A stretch of DNA of 64,000 nt from an uncultured beta proteobacterium (GTDB lineage: Bacteria; Pseudomonadota; Gammaproteobacteria; Burkholderiales; SG8-41), in NCBI GenBank assembly GCA_903885665.1, contig CAISJL010000157.1, positions 15,002 to 79,001 of the forward strand, given 5' to 3'. The position numbers and the translations under genes are program-made. This document shows, one piece after another, positions 19,997 through 30,485 of this stretch. The notes under the pieces are model-generated. The model made no database searches, had not been told where the DNA came from, and saw only the letters and a list, made by a program, of their open reading frames with translations. Each line of letters opens with the position of its first letter. Position 1 is the first letter of the stretch.

Positions 19997-21280
19997 TCAG
20001 CCGGCCAAGGTGCTGAAAATTTTAGCCGCTGACTCAATGGTGCGGTCTATATCTTCGGTGCCATGGGCGCTAGAGACGAAGCCTGCTTCAAATGCCGAGG
20101 GGGCAAGGTAGATGCCGGCACCGAGCATGGCGTGGAAGAATTGGTTAAAGCGTGCTTGGTCGGCACGCATCACTTCGCTGTAACTGGTGGGCACTTCGGC
20201 CAAGAAATACAGACCAAACATGCCGCCGACATGGCGCGCCGAAAAGGGTACGTGGGCTGCGGCTGCCGCAGCGCTCAGGCCAGTACACAATTTGGCTGTC
20301 TGGCTAGATAGCTGCTCGTAGAAGCCTGGCGCTTGAATTAAGGTGAGTGTAGCCAAGCCTGCGGCCAAGGCCACCGGGTTTCCGGAAAGTGTGCCCGCTT
20401 GGTAGACCGGGCCTTGTGGCGCGAGGCATTGCATGATGTCACGCCGTCCACCAAAAGCGCCTACAGGCAAGCCACCACCGATCACTTTGCCCAGAGTGGT
20501 GAGGTCGGGTTTAATGCCATAGAGCGCTTGGGCGCCACCCAAAGCAACCCGAAAGCCAGTCATCACTTCATCAAATATCAAGACACTGCCATGTTGGGTA
20601 CACAGCTTGCGAAGCAGCTCTAGAAAACTGGGCTGTGGCACGATCAGGTTCATATTGCCGGCAACCGGCTCGACAATGACGGCCGCAATCTGCTCGCCAT
20701 GTTGGGCGAAGGCTAGTTCTAGCGCCGCCGGATTATTGTATTCAAGCACTAAGGTATGGGCGGCAGTTTCTGCCGGCACTCCGGCTGATGAGGGCTGTCC
20801 CAGGGTAAGCGCGCCAGAGCCCGCTTTAACCAAGAGGGCATCAGCGTGGCCGTGGTAGCAGCCTTCAAACTTAATAATCAGATTGCGTTCGGTGAAGCCA
20901 CGCGCTAGGCGAATAGCACTCATAGTCGCCTCAGTGCCAGAGCTGACCAAACGCACTTGTTCTAAAGATGGCATGAGTTGCCGCAGGACATCTGCCATAG
21001 TCACTTCGATTTCGGTGGGCGCGCCAAACGAGAGTCCGCGCTCTGCCGCCTGTTGCACCGCTTTAACCACGGCCGGATGAGCGTGACCGCAAATTAATGG
21101 CCCCCATGAGCAGACATAATCAATAAAAGCATGGCCATCAACGTCCCATACGGTTGAGCCTTTGCCGCGCTGGAAAAACAAGGGTGTGCCACCGACGGAT
21201 TTAAAAGCGCGCACAGGTGAGTTCACGCCACCGGGAATGGTCAGTTGCGCATGGTTAAAGAGTTTTTGACTTTTTTTCAT
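19997..21280 (-). CDS. hemL: glutamate-1-semialdehyde 2,1-aminomutase
   Basis: Contains MKKSQKLF..A...[22 protein letters not shown]-aminotransferase class III blocks and the [17 protein letters not shown] Lys site. The start is set at the internal ATG 21280, which abuts the thiE stop at 21291. Confidence 0.95.
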   Translation of the reverse strand: MKKSQKLFNHAQLTIPGGVNSPVRAFKSVGGTPLFFQRGKGSTVWDVDGHAFIDYVCSWGPLICGHAHPAVVKAVQQAAERGLSFGAPTEIEVTMADVLRQLMPSLEQVRLVSSGTEATMSAIRLARGFTERNLIIKFEGCYHGHADALLVKAGSGALTLGQPSSAGVPAETAAHTLVLEYNNPAALELAFAQHGEQIAAVIVEPVAGNMNLIVPQPSFLELLRKLCTQHGSVLIFDEVMTGFRVALGGAQALYGIKPDLTTLGKVIGGGLPVGAFGGRRDIMQCLAPQGPVYQAGTLSGNPVALAAGLATLTLIQAPGFYEQLSSQTAKLCTGLSAAAAAAHVPFSARHVGGMFGLYFLAEVPTSYSEVMRADQARFNQFFHAMLGAGIYLAPSAFEAGFVSSAHGTEDIDRTIESAAKIFSTLAG

Positions 21281-21290
21281 GGTCAAGCAA

Positions 21291-21935
21291 TCAATTCTGA
21301 TGAGAGGAAGTGGGTGGAACAAATAAATTGTGAAATTGACGAGCCCTCGCGTAGACATCAGGCGCAGCAAACAAATTAGAAATTAGGGCGATTGCCGATA
21401 CCCCAGCGTCGATCAGTGAAGGGGCGTTGTCAAGGGTAATACCACCAATTGCCACGATAGGCACGGGCAGTAATTGGCGTGCTGAGCGAATTAAAGACAG
21501 CGGAGGTCGTGGTGCAAAGGGCTTAACCGAGGAGGGGAAAAAACTGCCAAACGCAATGTGATCAGCCCCTGCCGCCACAGCGGTTTGCGCTAACTCAAGT
21601 CGGTCGTAACAAGACGCGCCCAGACACTGATGCGGTTTGAGTTGGCGGCGCGCCTCGCTCAACGAGCCATCATCACCGCCCAGGTGCAAGCCTGCAGCAT
21701 TCACGGCTACAGCCAGATCCAGGTGATCATTGATGATGAGGGGCTTGCGATACGATTGGCACAACGCTTGGAGGGCGTGCGCTTGGGCCAGCCGCTGGGT
21801 GGGTGTCGCGATTTTATTGCGATATTGAATCACCCCAGCGCCCCCGCGTAGTGCTGACTCCACAAGACTTAACAGTTGCTCGGTGTCTGTGAGGTCGGGG
21901 GTAATGGCATAGAGGCCAGAAATGCTGACGTTCAT
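21291..21935 (-). CDS. thiE: thiamine-phosphate synthase
   Basis: 214-aa ORF containing LYAITPD, G...IQYR.K, LIINDH.DLA and VAIGGI. Confidence 0.9.
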   Translation of the reverse strand: MNVSISGLYAITPDLTDTEQLLSLVESALRGGAGVIQYRNKIATPTQRLAQAHALQALCQSYRKPLIINDHLDLAVAVNAAGLHLGGDDGSLSEARRQLKPHQCLGASCYDRLELAQTAVAAGADHIAFGSFFPSSVKPFAPRPPLSLIRSARQLLPVPIVAIGGITLDNAPSLIDAGVSAIALISNLFAAPDVYARARQFHNLFVPPTSSHQN

Positions 21936-21973
21936 GAATAAAGATTGATCAATACGGTTAATTGGATAAAGGG

Positions 21974-22837
21974 CTAGGCTGCAGAACTTGGATCGGGGTC
22001 AGCCGGTTCGGTAGCCGTTTCAGTATCGTTGTCCTCATCGCGCGCCCAGAACAAGCGATCGGGTATGTATTGGCCCATGCCAGGGTGAAACGCATGCTTG
22101 AGGGTCTGCCAAGTAAATTCTTGGGCGTCGCGCACCGCTTCTTGAATTTCGACACCATTGGCAATGGTGGCCGCAATCGCCGAGGCCAAGGTGCAGCCTG
22201 AGCCGTGATAGCTACCAGGCAGTCGTGGCCAAGCGTCAGTGCGCTCTACGCCGGTAAAACTGTATAAGGTGTTGATCACCTCATCCTTTTGGACATGGGT
22301 GCCAGTGATTAATACGTATTCACAACCGGTGTCGAGAATACGGCGAGCGCATTCGGCTAGATCAGGCGGGGTTTCATCCTCATCGGTGACTGCCAATCGA
22401 TGCGCCTCAATACTATTGGGCGTGACAATCGTGGCTTGCGGCAGTAATAAATCGTGAATTGCGGACAGAATGTCTTCAGTGGCGAGCTCATCACCGCGAC
22501 CAGAGGCCAATACAGGATCTAGGATTAAGGGTATTTCAGGATAGTCGGCAACCACTTCTGCTACTGCTGCAACCGCTTCTATACTCCCCAGCACGCCGAC
22601 TTTGAAGGCGGAGACGGGCATATCTTCGAGAATGCACCGGGCTTGGTCAGCAATCCATTCAGGATCGATCGGCAAAAGGGTATCGACACCAGTGGTGTCT
22701 TGGACGGTAATGGCGGTGACTACGGAGACCGGATGACAGCCCATGCTCACAAGCGTCATGATGTCGGCTTGTAGACCAGCACCGCTGGTGGGGTCGGTGG
22801 CAGCAAAAACCATTACGATAGGTGGTGAGTCGTTCAT
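21974..22837 (-). CDS. thiD: hydroxymethylpyrimidine/phosphomethylpyrimidine kinase
   Basis: 287-aa ORF containing DPTSGAGLQADI, KVGVLGS, DPVLASG and HGSGCTLASAIAA. Confidence 0.9.
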   Translation of the reverse strand: MNDSPPIVMVFAATDPTSGAGLQADIMTLVSMGCHPVSVVTAITVQDTTGVDTLLPIDPEWIADQARCILEDMPVSAFKVGVLGSIEAVAAVAEVVADYPEIPLILDPVLASGRGDELATEDILSAIHDLLLPQATIVTPNSIEAHRLAVTDEDETPPDLAECARRILDTGCEYVLITGTHVQKDEVINTLYSFTGVERTDAWPRLPGSYHGSGCTLASAIAATIANGVEIQEAVRDAQEFTWQTLKHAFHPGMGQYIPDRLFWARDEDNDTETATEPADPDPSSAA

Positions 22838-23029
22838 GAGATCCAGTTGAGCAGCAAAGCAACAGTGTAGACGGGCGTTAACATCGGTCAGTGAAACGGT
22901 TAAACTGTGAGTTTACACTTCAGTTTATGGGCTATTCGGATGGTATCAGCTAAAATAGCTAAGATATCACCTGGATTGTAGCGCATTTATCCTTAGAACC
23001 TTCAGAAGACCAATTTAGAAGACCACACG

Positions 23030-23215
23030 ATGTCCACAGAAAACGTAACGTATCAAAAATGGATGTGCTTGATTTGCGGCTATATTTATGACGAAGCAGC
23101 GGGCGCCCCTGAAGAGGGTATTGCCCCAGGCACGCTGTGGGCGGATGTGCCAGTGAACTGGACCTGCTCCGAGTGCGGCGCTCGCAAAGAAGATTTTGAA
23201 ATGATCCTGGTCTAA
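23030..23215 (+). CDS. rubredoxin
   Basis: 61-aa ORF with two Cys pairs, WMCLICGYIYDE and WTCSECGARKEDF. Confidence 0.9.
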   Translation: MSTENVTYQKWMCLICGYIYDEAAGAPEEGIAPGTLWADVPVNWTCSECGARKEDFEMILV

Positions 23216-23252
23216 ACATCGGACCGTGGGTCCCCCACGATAAGAGGTTGTC

Positions 23253-23648
23253 ATGCGTTTGTTACATACCATGATTCGGGTTGGTGATTTAGATCGTTCT
23301 ATTGAATTTTATACTACCGTTTTGGGCATGCGCTTATTGCGCAAAACCGATTATCCCAGCGGCCGTTTTACCAATGCGTTTGTTGGCTACGAAGAAGAAT
23401 CAACTGCAGCTGTGATCGAACTCACGCACAATTGGGATACGCAGTCCTATGATTTAGGTACAGGCTACGGTCATGTGGCGATTGAAGTCGAAGATGCGTA
23501 TACAACCTGTGCCGCCGTGAGCGCGCGTGGTGGACGGGTGACCCGTGAACCGGGCCCCATGCGGCATGGCACTACGGTGATTGCTTTTGTTGAGGATCCA
23601 GACGGTTATAAAATTGAGTTTGTGCAACGCAAAGTGGCGCAAGCTTAA
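23253..23648 (+). CDS. gloA: lactoylglutathione lyase (glyoxalase I)
   Basis: 131-aa ORF containing [34 protein letters not shown] and GYGHVAIEV. Confidence 0.9.
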   Translation: MRLLHTMIRVGDLDRSIEFYTTVLGMRLLRKTDYPSGRFTNAFVGYEEESTAAVIELTHNWDTQSYDLGTGYGHVAIEVEDAYTTCAAVSARGGRVTREPGPMRHGTTVIAFVEDPDGYKIEFVQRKVAQA

Positions 23649-23672
23649 TGGCCTAAGCGTAGAGGTGCTCGC

Positions 23673-24533
23673 TTAAGCATCATCAACATCAACATCATTA
23701 GGTGGCAGAGAGTCCGCTAGGGCGTGGGGTTGATGTTGTGATAAATAGTCAGCGAGACGCACAAAATCAGCGACCGTTAATTCTTGCGCACGTGCATTCG
23801 GGCTAACCCCTAGCGTTTCTAATTCAGTAGCAGTGAGTACTCCACGCAGGGTATTGCGTAGCGTCTTACGGCGTTGGGCAAAAGCGCGCGCCACTACGTG
23901 TGCAAACAGTTTTTCGTCTAGTGCAGCAGGCGCTAGCGGGCGCCGCGGAATGAGTCGCACTACTGCAGAGTCTACTCGTGGAATAGGGTCAAAAGCGGCT
24001 GGCGGCACATCAAATAAATATTCAATGTGATAGCGATATTGCAACATCACCGAGAGACGACTGTAGGAAGAGTCACCCGCGCCCGCGCTCATGCGTTCGA
24101 CCACTTCGCGCTGTAGCATTACGTGAATATCTTGAATCAGGTGGGCGGCTTGCGCTAAGCGAAATAAAATTGGTGTTGAAATGTTATAGGGCAAATTACC
24201 AGTGATTCGTAAATTACTGCCAATAGTGCTCAAATCAATAAGTAGAGCATCGCCTTCGTGAACGCTCATTACGGTAGGCGAGTATTCAGTGCGTAGTCTG
24301 GCGCTCAGATCACGATCGATTTCAATGACGTGCAAATGTGCGAGGCGTGATAACAACGGACGAGTGAGCGCACCAAGGCCTGGACCGATTTCCACCATGG
24401 CATCATTCGTTTGTGGGGCAATGGCTTGCACAATACTCGTGATGATGCCTTCATCGATGAGAAAGTGTTGACCAAAGCGTTTGCGCGCAATGTGGGAATC
24501 GCGTTGTGGCGGCTTGCTACCTCGGTAGTTCAC
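23673..24533 (-). CDS. rsmA: 16S rRNA (adenine1518/1519-N6)-dimethyltransferase
   Basis: 286-aa ORF containing KRFGQHFL.D, VEIGPGLGALT and GNLPYNISTP. It lies in the conserved pdxA-rsmA arrangement. Confidence 0.92.
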   Translation of the reverse strand: MNYRGSKPPQRDSHIARKRFGQHFLIDEGIITSIVQAIAPQTNDAMVEIGPGLGALTRPLLSRLAHLHVIEIDRDLSARLRTEYSPTVMSVHEGDALLIDLSTIGSNLRITGNLPYNISTPILFRLAQAAHLIQDIHVMLQREVVERMSAGAGDSSYSRLSVMLQYRYHIEYLFDVPPAAFDPIPRVDSAVVRLIPRRPLAPAALDEKLFAHVVARAFAQRRKTLRNTLRGVLTATELETLGVSPNARAQELTVADFVRLADYLSQHQPHALADSLPPNDVDVDDA

Positions 24534-25558
24534 GACGGTTGTGCTCTATGCCGTTGCATACGTTGTTCTCCGAGATGTATGGCAAGATCGATAGCGGCTT
24601 GCATGCTCTCAGTATTAGCGTGTCCCGTGCCAGCAATGTCGAGCGCAGTGCCGTGATCGACAGAGGTGCGAATAATCGGCAAGCCCAAGGTGATATTGAT
24701 GCCGCGCCCAAAGCTTGCATACTTTAATACGGGCAGACCTTGATCGTGATACATCGCTAACACACAATCAGCAGTCTTTAAATGTTGGGGTTGAAATAAA
24801 GTATCAGCGGGTAATGGGCCTGTGAGATGCCAGCCTTCGTGGCGTAAGCGCTCGAGAAGCGGCGTGATGATGTCTATTTCTTCGCGACCCAAGTGCCCCG
24901 ATTCGCCGGCATGTGGGTTTAAGCCGGCAACTACAATATGCGGTTGGCGAATACCAAAGTGCTTGATTAAGTCGTGACGCAGAATGCGTAGGGTGCGCTC
25001 TAAGGATTCGCTGGTAATCGCTGCCGCCACAGAGGATAGCGGTAAGTGCGTGGTGGCTAAGGCTACGCGTAAGCCACCACCGGCAAGCATCATGACGACT
25101 TGGGCCACGCCAAGGCGCTCTGCTAAGTATTCGGTATGACCGGTGAATGCAATGCCCGCATCATTGATGACCCCTTTGTGCAGTGGTGCGGTAACCATAG
25201 CTGAAAAATGACCTTGTTCGCAGCCATCAGCAGCAATCGCGAGTGTTTGCACCACTGCCGGGCTATTGGCGGGATTTAATTGCCCAGTGATCACCTGTGC
25301 TGCAAGCGGCACATGGTAGATCGAGATCGGGGTGATGGGTTGGTCGGGCTGGTAGGCTGGCCACGTGTGTTGGCTAAGACCGAGTTGCTGTGCGCGTGCT
25401 TGTAACAGCGTGCGATCACCAACCAAGACTAATGGGGTCAATGGCAACTGCTGTGCTAGGGTGACGCAAATATCAGGGCCAATGCCTGCAGGCTCACCTA
25501 CAGTGATTGCCAGAGGCGCGAGCGCTTGATTCTCGCCTTGGTGATTCAAGTGGAACAT
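24530..25558 (-). CDS. pdxA: 4-hydroxythreonine-4-phosphate dehydrogenase
   Basis: 342-aa ORF containing AITVGEPAGIGPDI, FTGHTEYLA, GLNPHAGE and SVDHGTALDIAG. Confidence 0.92.
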   Translation of the reverse strand: MFHLNHQGENQALAPLAITVGEPAGIGPDICVTLAQQLPLTPLVLVGDRTLLQARAQQLGLSQHTWPAYQPDQPITPISIYHVPLAAQVITGQLNPANSPAVVQTLAIAADGCEQGHFSAMVTAPLHKGVINDAGIAFTGHTEYLAERLGVAQVVMMLAGGGLRVALATTHLPLSSVAAAITSESLERTLRILRHDLIKHFGIRQPHIVVAGLNPHAGESGHLGREEIDIITPLLERLRHEGWHLTGPLPADTLFQPQHLKTADCVLAMYHDQGLPVLKYASFGRGINITLGLPIIRTSVDHGTALDIAGTGHANTESMQAAIDLAIHLGEQRMQRHRAQPS

Positions 25559-25570
25559 TAAAGCTGCTGA

Positions 25571-26908
25571 TTAATTGGGATTATCAAGACGTTGCTCTAT
25601 ATAAGCGCGATCTCGTAATTGGCGCACCCACTCCTGATAGGCTTCATCGGTTTTACGTTCACGCAAGGCGTTGCGTGCATTGAGTCGCTGCCCTTCTTTG
25701 GTCATGTCTTGATTGCGCCGCTCGAGAACTTCAATTAAATGCCAACCAAAGGGGCTACGCACCGGCTCGCTGATTTCGTTGAGTTTGAGATTATTCATCG
25801 CGGCTTCAAATTCGATAACGGTATCGTTAGGAGATAACCAACCGAGTTCACCGCCACGCGATGCGCTGGTGTCTTCCGAGCGAGTGCGTGCCAGTTCGGC
25901 GAAATCAACTTTATTATCTAAGCGCTCTTTAATACTTAAAATACGGTTTTTGGCTTCGGACTCTGAAGTGAGTTCGTTGGTTTTAATTAATATATGGCGG
26001 GCGCGAGTTTGTTGCACAATGATGGGTGGTGTGCCGCCACGCTCTTCGTTGAGCTTTAAAATATGAAAGCCATTGGGGCTGCGTACTATTTCACTCACAC
26101 CACCCACTTTCAGATTTTTGAGGGCCTCTAGGAATAAGGTGGGCAAGCGTCCGCCTTCACGCCACCCAATCACACCGCCTTGAAGTGCTTCTGGGCCATC
26201 TGAAGTGGCTGCTGCTACCTGCCGAAAATCAACGCCATTATTAATGTCAGCGAGTGCTTTTTCTGCTTTTTGGCGACGCGCTTGCAATTGTGCCGGGGAT
26301 GCGTTCTCTGGCACGGACACTAAAATATGCGAGACGTTGTATTCATTGCGTTGATGGGCTTGATTTTTCTCGAGCTGCAGATATTGGTCGATTTCGCTCT
26401 CAGTGATGACAATTTTTTGGCCGACTTCCCGATCGCGCAAACGTGTCAGGGTGATTTCATTACGAATATCATCACGAAATTTAGCAAACGGAATACCATC
26501 TTTTTGAATCGCATCTCGTAACTCCGGCACAGATATTTTATTTTGTTCTGCAATGCGTGCAATTGCTTTGTCGAGCTCTGCATCATCAATACGCACACCG
26601 AACTCTTTGGATAGTTGCAGTTGCACCCGATCATTAATTAAGCGTTCGAGTAACTGTTTAGCAATGACTGGGCGAGGTGGTGCGGTAGTGCCTTGTTGTT
26701 TGAGTTGTTTGAAAGCAAATTCAATTCGGGCGTCTAATTCTTTTTGAGTAATTACCTCGTCGTTGATAACCGCTACAATTCGATCAAGTAAAATAATTTG
26801 CCGTGGACTGGTGGCCTGAGCGAAGACTGCACTCAGTGGACTCAGTAACGCGGTTGTCAGCAGCACGTTATAAAGAGTGTGACGGGTACGGTCAGAAGTC
26901 ATAGCCAT
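25571..26908 (-). CDS. surA: periplasmic chaperone / peptidyl-prolyl isomerase SurA
   Basis: 445-aa ORF with a signal peptide, a SurA N-domain and two parvulin repeats (HILV... and HILIK...G.LGW). It lies in lptD-surA synteny. Confidence 0.9.
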   Translation of the reverse strand: MAMTSDRTRHTLYNVLLTTALLSPLSAVFAQATSPRQIILLDRIVAVINDEVITQKELDARIEFAFKQLKQQGTTAPPRPVIAKQLLERLINDRVQLQLSKEFGVRIDDAELDKAIARIAEQNKISVPELRDAIQKDGIPFAKFRDDIRNEITLTRLRDREVGQKIVITESEIDQYLQLEKNQAHQRNEYNVSHILVSVPENASPAQLQARRQKAEKALADINNGVDFRQVAAATSDGPEALQGGVIGWREGGRLPTLFLEALKNLKVGGVSEIVRSPNGFHILKLNEERGGTPPIIVQQTRARHILIKTNELTSESEAKNRILSIKERLDNKVDFAELARTRSEDTSASRGGELGWLSPNDTVIEFEAAMNNLKLNEISEPVRSPFGWHLIEVLERRNQDMTKEGQRLNARNALRERKTDEAYQEWVRQLRDRAYIEQRLDNPN

Positions 26909-26982
26909 GGTTCATCCAGTGTGGTTCATCAACAAATATTAAATAGAAAAAGTAAGGCATCTGGGTAATGATAACGCAAAGT

Positions 26983-29403
26983 TTAGAATATACCGGGCAT
27001 ATTGTATTCGACAGGGTTAGGGGCACGTGGATCGAGTTGTTTATAGCCGGTAATATTTCGCCGTAGCACATCTAGCGGCGCGCTAGAGCGCGATAATCCG
27101 CTTAATTCAAACTGTAAAAATAACGAGGTGTTCGCAGTCGTTGAGGTTGTTGCAAAGCGGTGCGCCACCAGCCTCAGACTCCAACAGGGATCGCGATATT
27201 CTAAGCCGCCCAGTGTTTCAAGGTTACGATGGTCAATTAACGATCGGCTAAGGCGCCCTACAAAGCCCCATTCTGCATTAATCTGCCACTGACTGGAGAG
27301 CTCAGCTTGGCGTAAATTATCACTGTTCTCGCGGTACGTGACATTCACTACTTTACCGGCCTGGGGCTGGTAGCGCGTGGTCATATTAAAGCGTTCAGTA
27401 CGTTGTAGATCGGTGTTGTATTGCCAACCGGTCTCAGCCACCCAGTTTTTTGCAATATTACCCCGCGCTAGGCCCAGTAAGTCTGATTTGTTATTGGTAC
27501 TGCTGGTGGTCACTCCGGGTAAGGTGACCAATTGCGAGTTAAAGTAATAGCGTTGGGCGAGGGCATAACGAAATAGCTCTACCCCGCTATTGGCATCGAT
27601 ATAGCGCGAGGTTGCACCATAGGTCAGTTGATTCGCATTATTGACCCGATCGTGCCCGCTAAATTGGTTATCGGCAAAGATGGTGGCAAAATTGATATCC
27701 AGTAATGCGCTGTCAAAATTGGGTAGATGACTTTGGTCGTGATAGGGCACGTATAAATAATAAATTTTAGGCTCTAAGGTGTTTACTAAAGGAAACGTGC
27801 CGATGCTGGTTGTGCGCTCAAAATTTAAGCCGCTATCTAGGCTAATGAAAGGCACGCTACGCGTGGCGTCACCAAGTTGCGAGGTGTTGTTTGCGCCTAT
27901 GTTATAGCTGGTGTAGTGGAGCCCAACTTTGGGGGTAATATAAGAATAGGCATTTTGTAATGGCATGCTCAGACTGGGGTTAACCATGAATCTACGGGCA
28001 TTAACTAAAGTCGGATGATCAAATGCTACGGCAGAGCTGATCATGTCAAAGTCACCAATCAGGGTTGCCGTGCGTTGGGAGGTGAGCGTTAATTGCGGCA
28101 AGCGATTGTATGGCGGCGTAATGGGTGATAAAGGGTCGGTTTGCAGAGTTTGCCAGTGCTGAGTGAGCGCTGAAAAATTGTAAGCCATACCATCTCCCCA
28201 AGTGCCTCCATGCATTAAGGTGATGTCACTGGCTAGGGTTGATTGCGAGGTAAAAGCTAACAGTGGGGATAAATCGGTAAAGTATTTACTATCCGACACC
28301 CGACTAAAATTAAAATTAGCAATCCAGTTATTGCTCAATGCTTGTTGGTGCTTGCTATTGATGGCCCAGCGATCTTTGTTGGTCATCAAATCGCCCGCTA
28401 ATAGTTCCGCACGGGTTTGCCCATTCCACTGTTGGCCTAAGTAGCGAAATTCTCCACCTAGTTGTAAGCCACGATTAGTCATCTCACGTGGTGTAATGGT
28501 GGCATCCATATTGGGCGCAATATTCCAGTAATAGGGCACTGAAAACTCAAAGCCTGTGGTGTTTGAGGTGCGGTAATGCGGTGCGAGAAAACCAGATTTA
28601 CGTTCCTGATGTAGGGGAAAGGACAAATATGGCGTATAAAAAATCGGCACATCATAAAAATATACGCTGGCATTGCGCGCGATGCCCTCATCCCGATTGC
28701 GGTCAATATCTAAGGTCTTAGCGTGCAGAATCCATGCGGGGTGTTGCGGGCTGCACGTTGTGTAGTTTGCAGTTTCTAAATGGTAGCGGCCAGGGCCTTG
28801 GAACAATAAGCGTTCGGCCTCGCCCCGACCATCGATTTCGGCAAAGCGCACGGCTGGGCCTGCAGCAATTGGTGCTTGAGGGATCTCGTAGCTACTACTT
28901 TCTTGAGTGGTGTGTGCTGTCGTCGGGCTGGCCAGTGCGGTGCCGGCATTAGATATCGGGTTCAGAAAGGTGTTGCTGAGCCCGCGTTTGGGTTTGCGGT
29001 CTTGGGGTTTCGCCATGAGTTGATAGCGCGGTTGGGTCATGACCCCAAGCGCGCTCTTCAACCCATATTCTAAACTGGTGCCTTCGACGATCTCTAGAGG
29101 TTGCTCCATCCGTACCTGGTCTTTGGCCGACACCGTTTCGGTGGGCATGTCGTAGCGCATCCAGTCGGCATAAAAGAGTTGATTTTGCTTTCGCAGCTCG
29201 ACCTTGCCAAAGGCTTCAGTGGCCTGATCGTGGCGCCCTTCTATACGATCCGCAGCCATAAACAGCGGCGTCGGCTGCGCGGGGTCGGGCGTGATCGTTG
29301 CAAGATCGTGGCTTAATTGAAGACCCAAGCCCTCAGCCACCGCGCCCAAAGGCAGTGTGCAAAGCAGTACAAGAGCAATCCGTGATTGGGGAAGATGGGG
29401 CAT
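26983..29403 (-). CDS. lptD: LPS-assembly outer-membrane protein LptD
   Basis: About 806 aa of beta-barrel-type sequence upstream of surA. The start is set at MPHLPQSRIALVLLC (signal-like). The longer ORF-track start at 29472 would overlap the divergent amgK leader. Confidence 0.9.
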   Translation of the reverse strand: MPHLPQSRIALVLLCTLPLGAVAEGLGLQLSHDLATITPDPAQPTPLFMAADRIEGRHDQATEAFGKVELRKQNQLFYADWMRYDMPTETVSAKDQVRMEQPLEIVEGTSLEYGLKSALGVMTQPRYQLMAKPQDRKPKRGLSNTFLNPISNAGTALASPTTAHTTQESSSYEIPQAPIAAGPAVRFAEIDGRGEAERLLFQGPGRYHLETANYTTCSPQHPAWILHAKTLDIDRNRDEGIARNASVYFYDVPIFYTPYLSFPLHQERKSGFLAPHYRTSNTTGFEFSVPYYWNIAPNMDATITPREMTNRGLQLGGEFRYLGQQWNGQTRAELLAGDLMTNKDRWAINSKHQQALSNNWIANFNFSRVSDSKYFTDLSPLLAFTSQSTLASDITLMHGGTWGDGMAYNFSALTQHWQTLQTDPLSPITPPYNRLPQLTLTSQRTATLIGDFDMISSAVAFDHPTLVNARRFMVNPSLSMPLQNAYSYITPKVGLHYTSYNIGANNTSQLGDATRSVPFISLDSGLNFERTTSIGTFPLVNTLEPKIYYLYVPYHDQSHLPNFDSALLDINFATIFADNQFSGHDRVNNANQLTYGATSRYIDANSGVELFRYALAQRYYFNSQLVTLPGVTTSSTNNKSDLLGLARGNIAKNWVAETGWQYNTDLQRTERFNMTTRYQPQAGKVVNVTYRENSDNLRQAELSSQWQINAEWGFVGRLSRSLIDHRNLETLGGLEYRDPCWSLRLVAHRFATTSTTANTSLFLQFELSGLSRSSAPLDVLRRNITGYKQLDPRAPNPVEYNMPGIF

Positions 29404-29480
29404 TGAGCGGTGGGGGGTTTTTTGCAGAGGTGCTAAAATCTCATAATTCACCGTTTGAAGCAACGCTTGCACACATTACT

Positions 29481-30485
29481 ATGACGCTAATAGATACACG
29501 CCTTGACATTCTGCACGATTGGCTAGCTAAAATCTTAGCGGGAGTGACTTATCAGCTAGAGCCAGCCTCTGCAGATGCCAGTTTTCGTCGTTATTTTCGG
29601 GTCACAACAGCCGCGGGCACGCAGATTGTGATGGATGCGCCACCACCACAAGAAGATTGTCGCCCGTTTGTTGCGGTTGCTCAATTAATGCGCAGCGCCG
29701 GTCTGCACGTGCCGCAGATTGTGGCGCAGGATGTGGCGCATGGCTTTTTGTTGTTGTCTGATCTGGGCAATCAGACGTATTTGAATGTGCTCGATGATAC
29801 CAACGCCGATCGCCTGTTCGCAGACGCCATCACGGCTTTGGTGAGTTGGCAGCAGGCGAGTCGTCCAGGCGTGTTGCCACCCTATGATCGTGCGCTGCTC
29901 GCTCGCGAGTTGGATTTATTTCCGCAGTGGTACGTTGATCGCCACTTAGGTTATACCTTGAGTCCTGCAGAGCAGGCGGTATTAACCCGCATCAATACTT
30001 TATTGATCGATAGTGCTTTGGCGCAACCACACGTCTATGTCCATCGTGACTTTATGCCGCGTAATTTAATGATTTCTACACCTAACCCTGGGGTTTTAGA
30101 TTTTCAAGACGCGGTCTATGGTCCGGTTACTTATGACGTAGCCTCTTTATTTCGTGATGCTTTTATCAGTTGGCCGGAAGCGCGCGCGCTCGATTGGATA
30201 GTGCGTTACTGGGAGCAAGCGCGTAGCGCGCAGATTCCCGTAAACCCTGATTTTGGGACGTTTTACCGCGACCTGGAATGGATGGGTTTGCAGCGTCACC
30301 TTAAAGTATTGGGGATTTTTGCGCGGATTAAGCACCGCGATGGCAAGCCCCACTACATTGAAGATGCACCGCGTTTTATTGCCTATGTGCGTGCGGTATG
30401 CGCTCGATATAACGCACTTGCCCCCCTCGCGCAGTTGTTTGATGCGTTTGAGGCGCGTGCGCCCCAAGTTGGTTATACCTTTTGA
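29481..30485 (+). CDS. amgK: aminoglycoside-phosphotransferase-fold kinase, AmgK-like (anomeric MurNAc/GlcNAc kinase)
   Basis: The kinase-fold catalytic region is VHRDFMPRNLM...LDFQDAV.GP..YD. The gene is divergent from lptD and translationally coupled to a MurU-like gene (stop and start overlap at 30482-30485). The start is set at ATG 29481 (MTLIDTRL). Confidence 0.72.
   Translation: MTLIDTRLDILHDWLAKILAGVTYQLEPASADASFRRYFRVTTAAGTQIVMDAPPPQEDCRPFVAVAQLMRSAGLHVPQIVAQDVAHGFLLLSDLGNQTYLNVLDDTNADRLFADAITALVSWQQASRPGVLPPYDRALLARELDLFPQWYVDRHLGYTLSPAEQAVLTRINTLLIDSALAQPHVYVHRDFMPRNLMISTPNPGVLDFQDAVYGPVTYDVASLFRDAFISWPEARALDWIVRYWEQARSAQIPVNPDFGTFYRDLEWMGLQRHLKVLGIFARIKHRDGKPHYIEDAPRFIAYVRAVCARYNALAPLAQLFDAFEARAPQVGYTF

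Noticed and set aside
22838-23029. Possible TPP riboswitch upstream of thiD-thiE.
   Set aside because: The minus-strand leader lacks the CUGAGA / ACCUGAUCUGGAUAAUGCCAGCG cores. The only partial resemblance (CUAAGAUAUCACCUGGAU) is on the plus strand, facing rubredoxin, and it lacks the remaining conserved helices.
29298-29480. The 61-codon N-terminal extension of the amgK ORF, and the 23-codon extension of lptD (29404-29472).
   Set aside because: The two extensions overlap each other on opposite strands and look non-protein-like. The internal starts (ATG 29481; MPHLPQSR for lptD) give standard N-termini.
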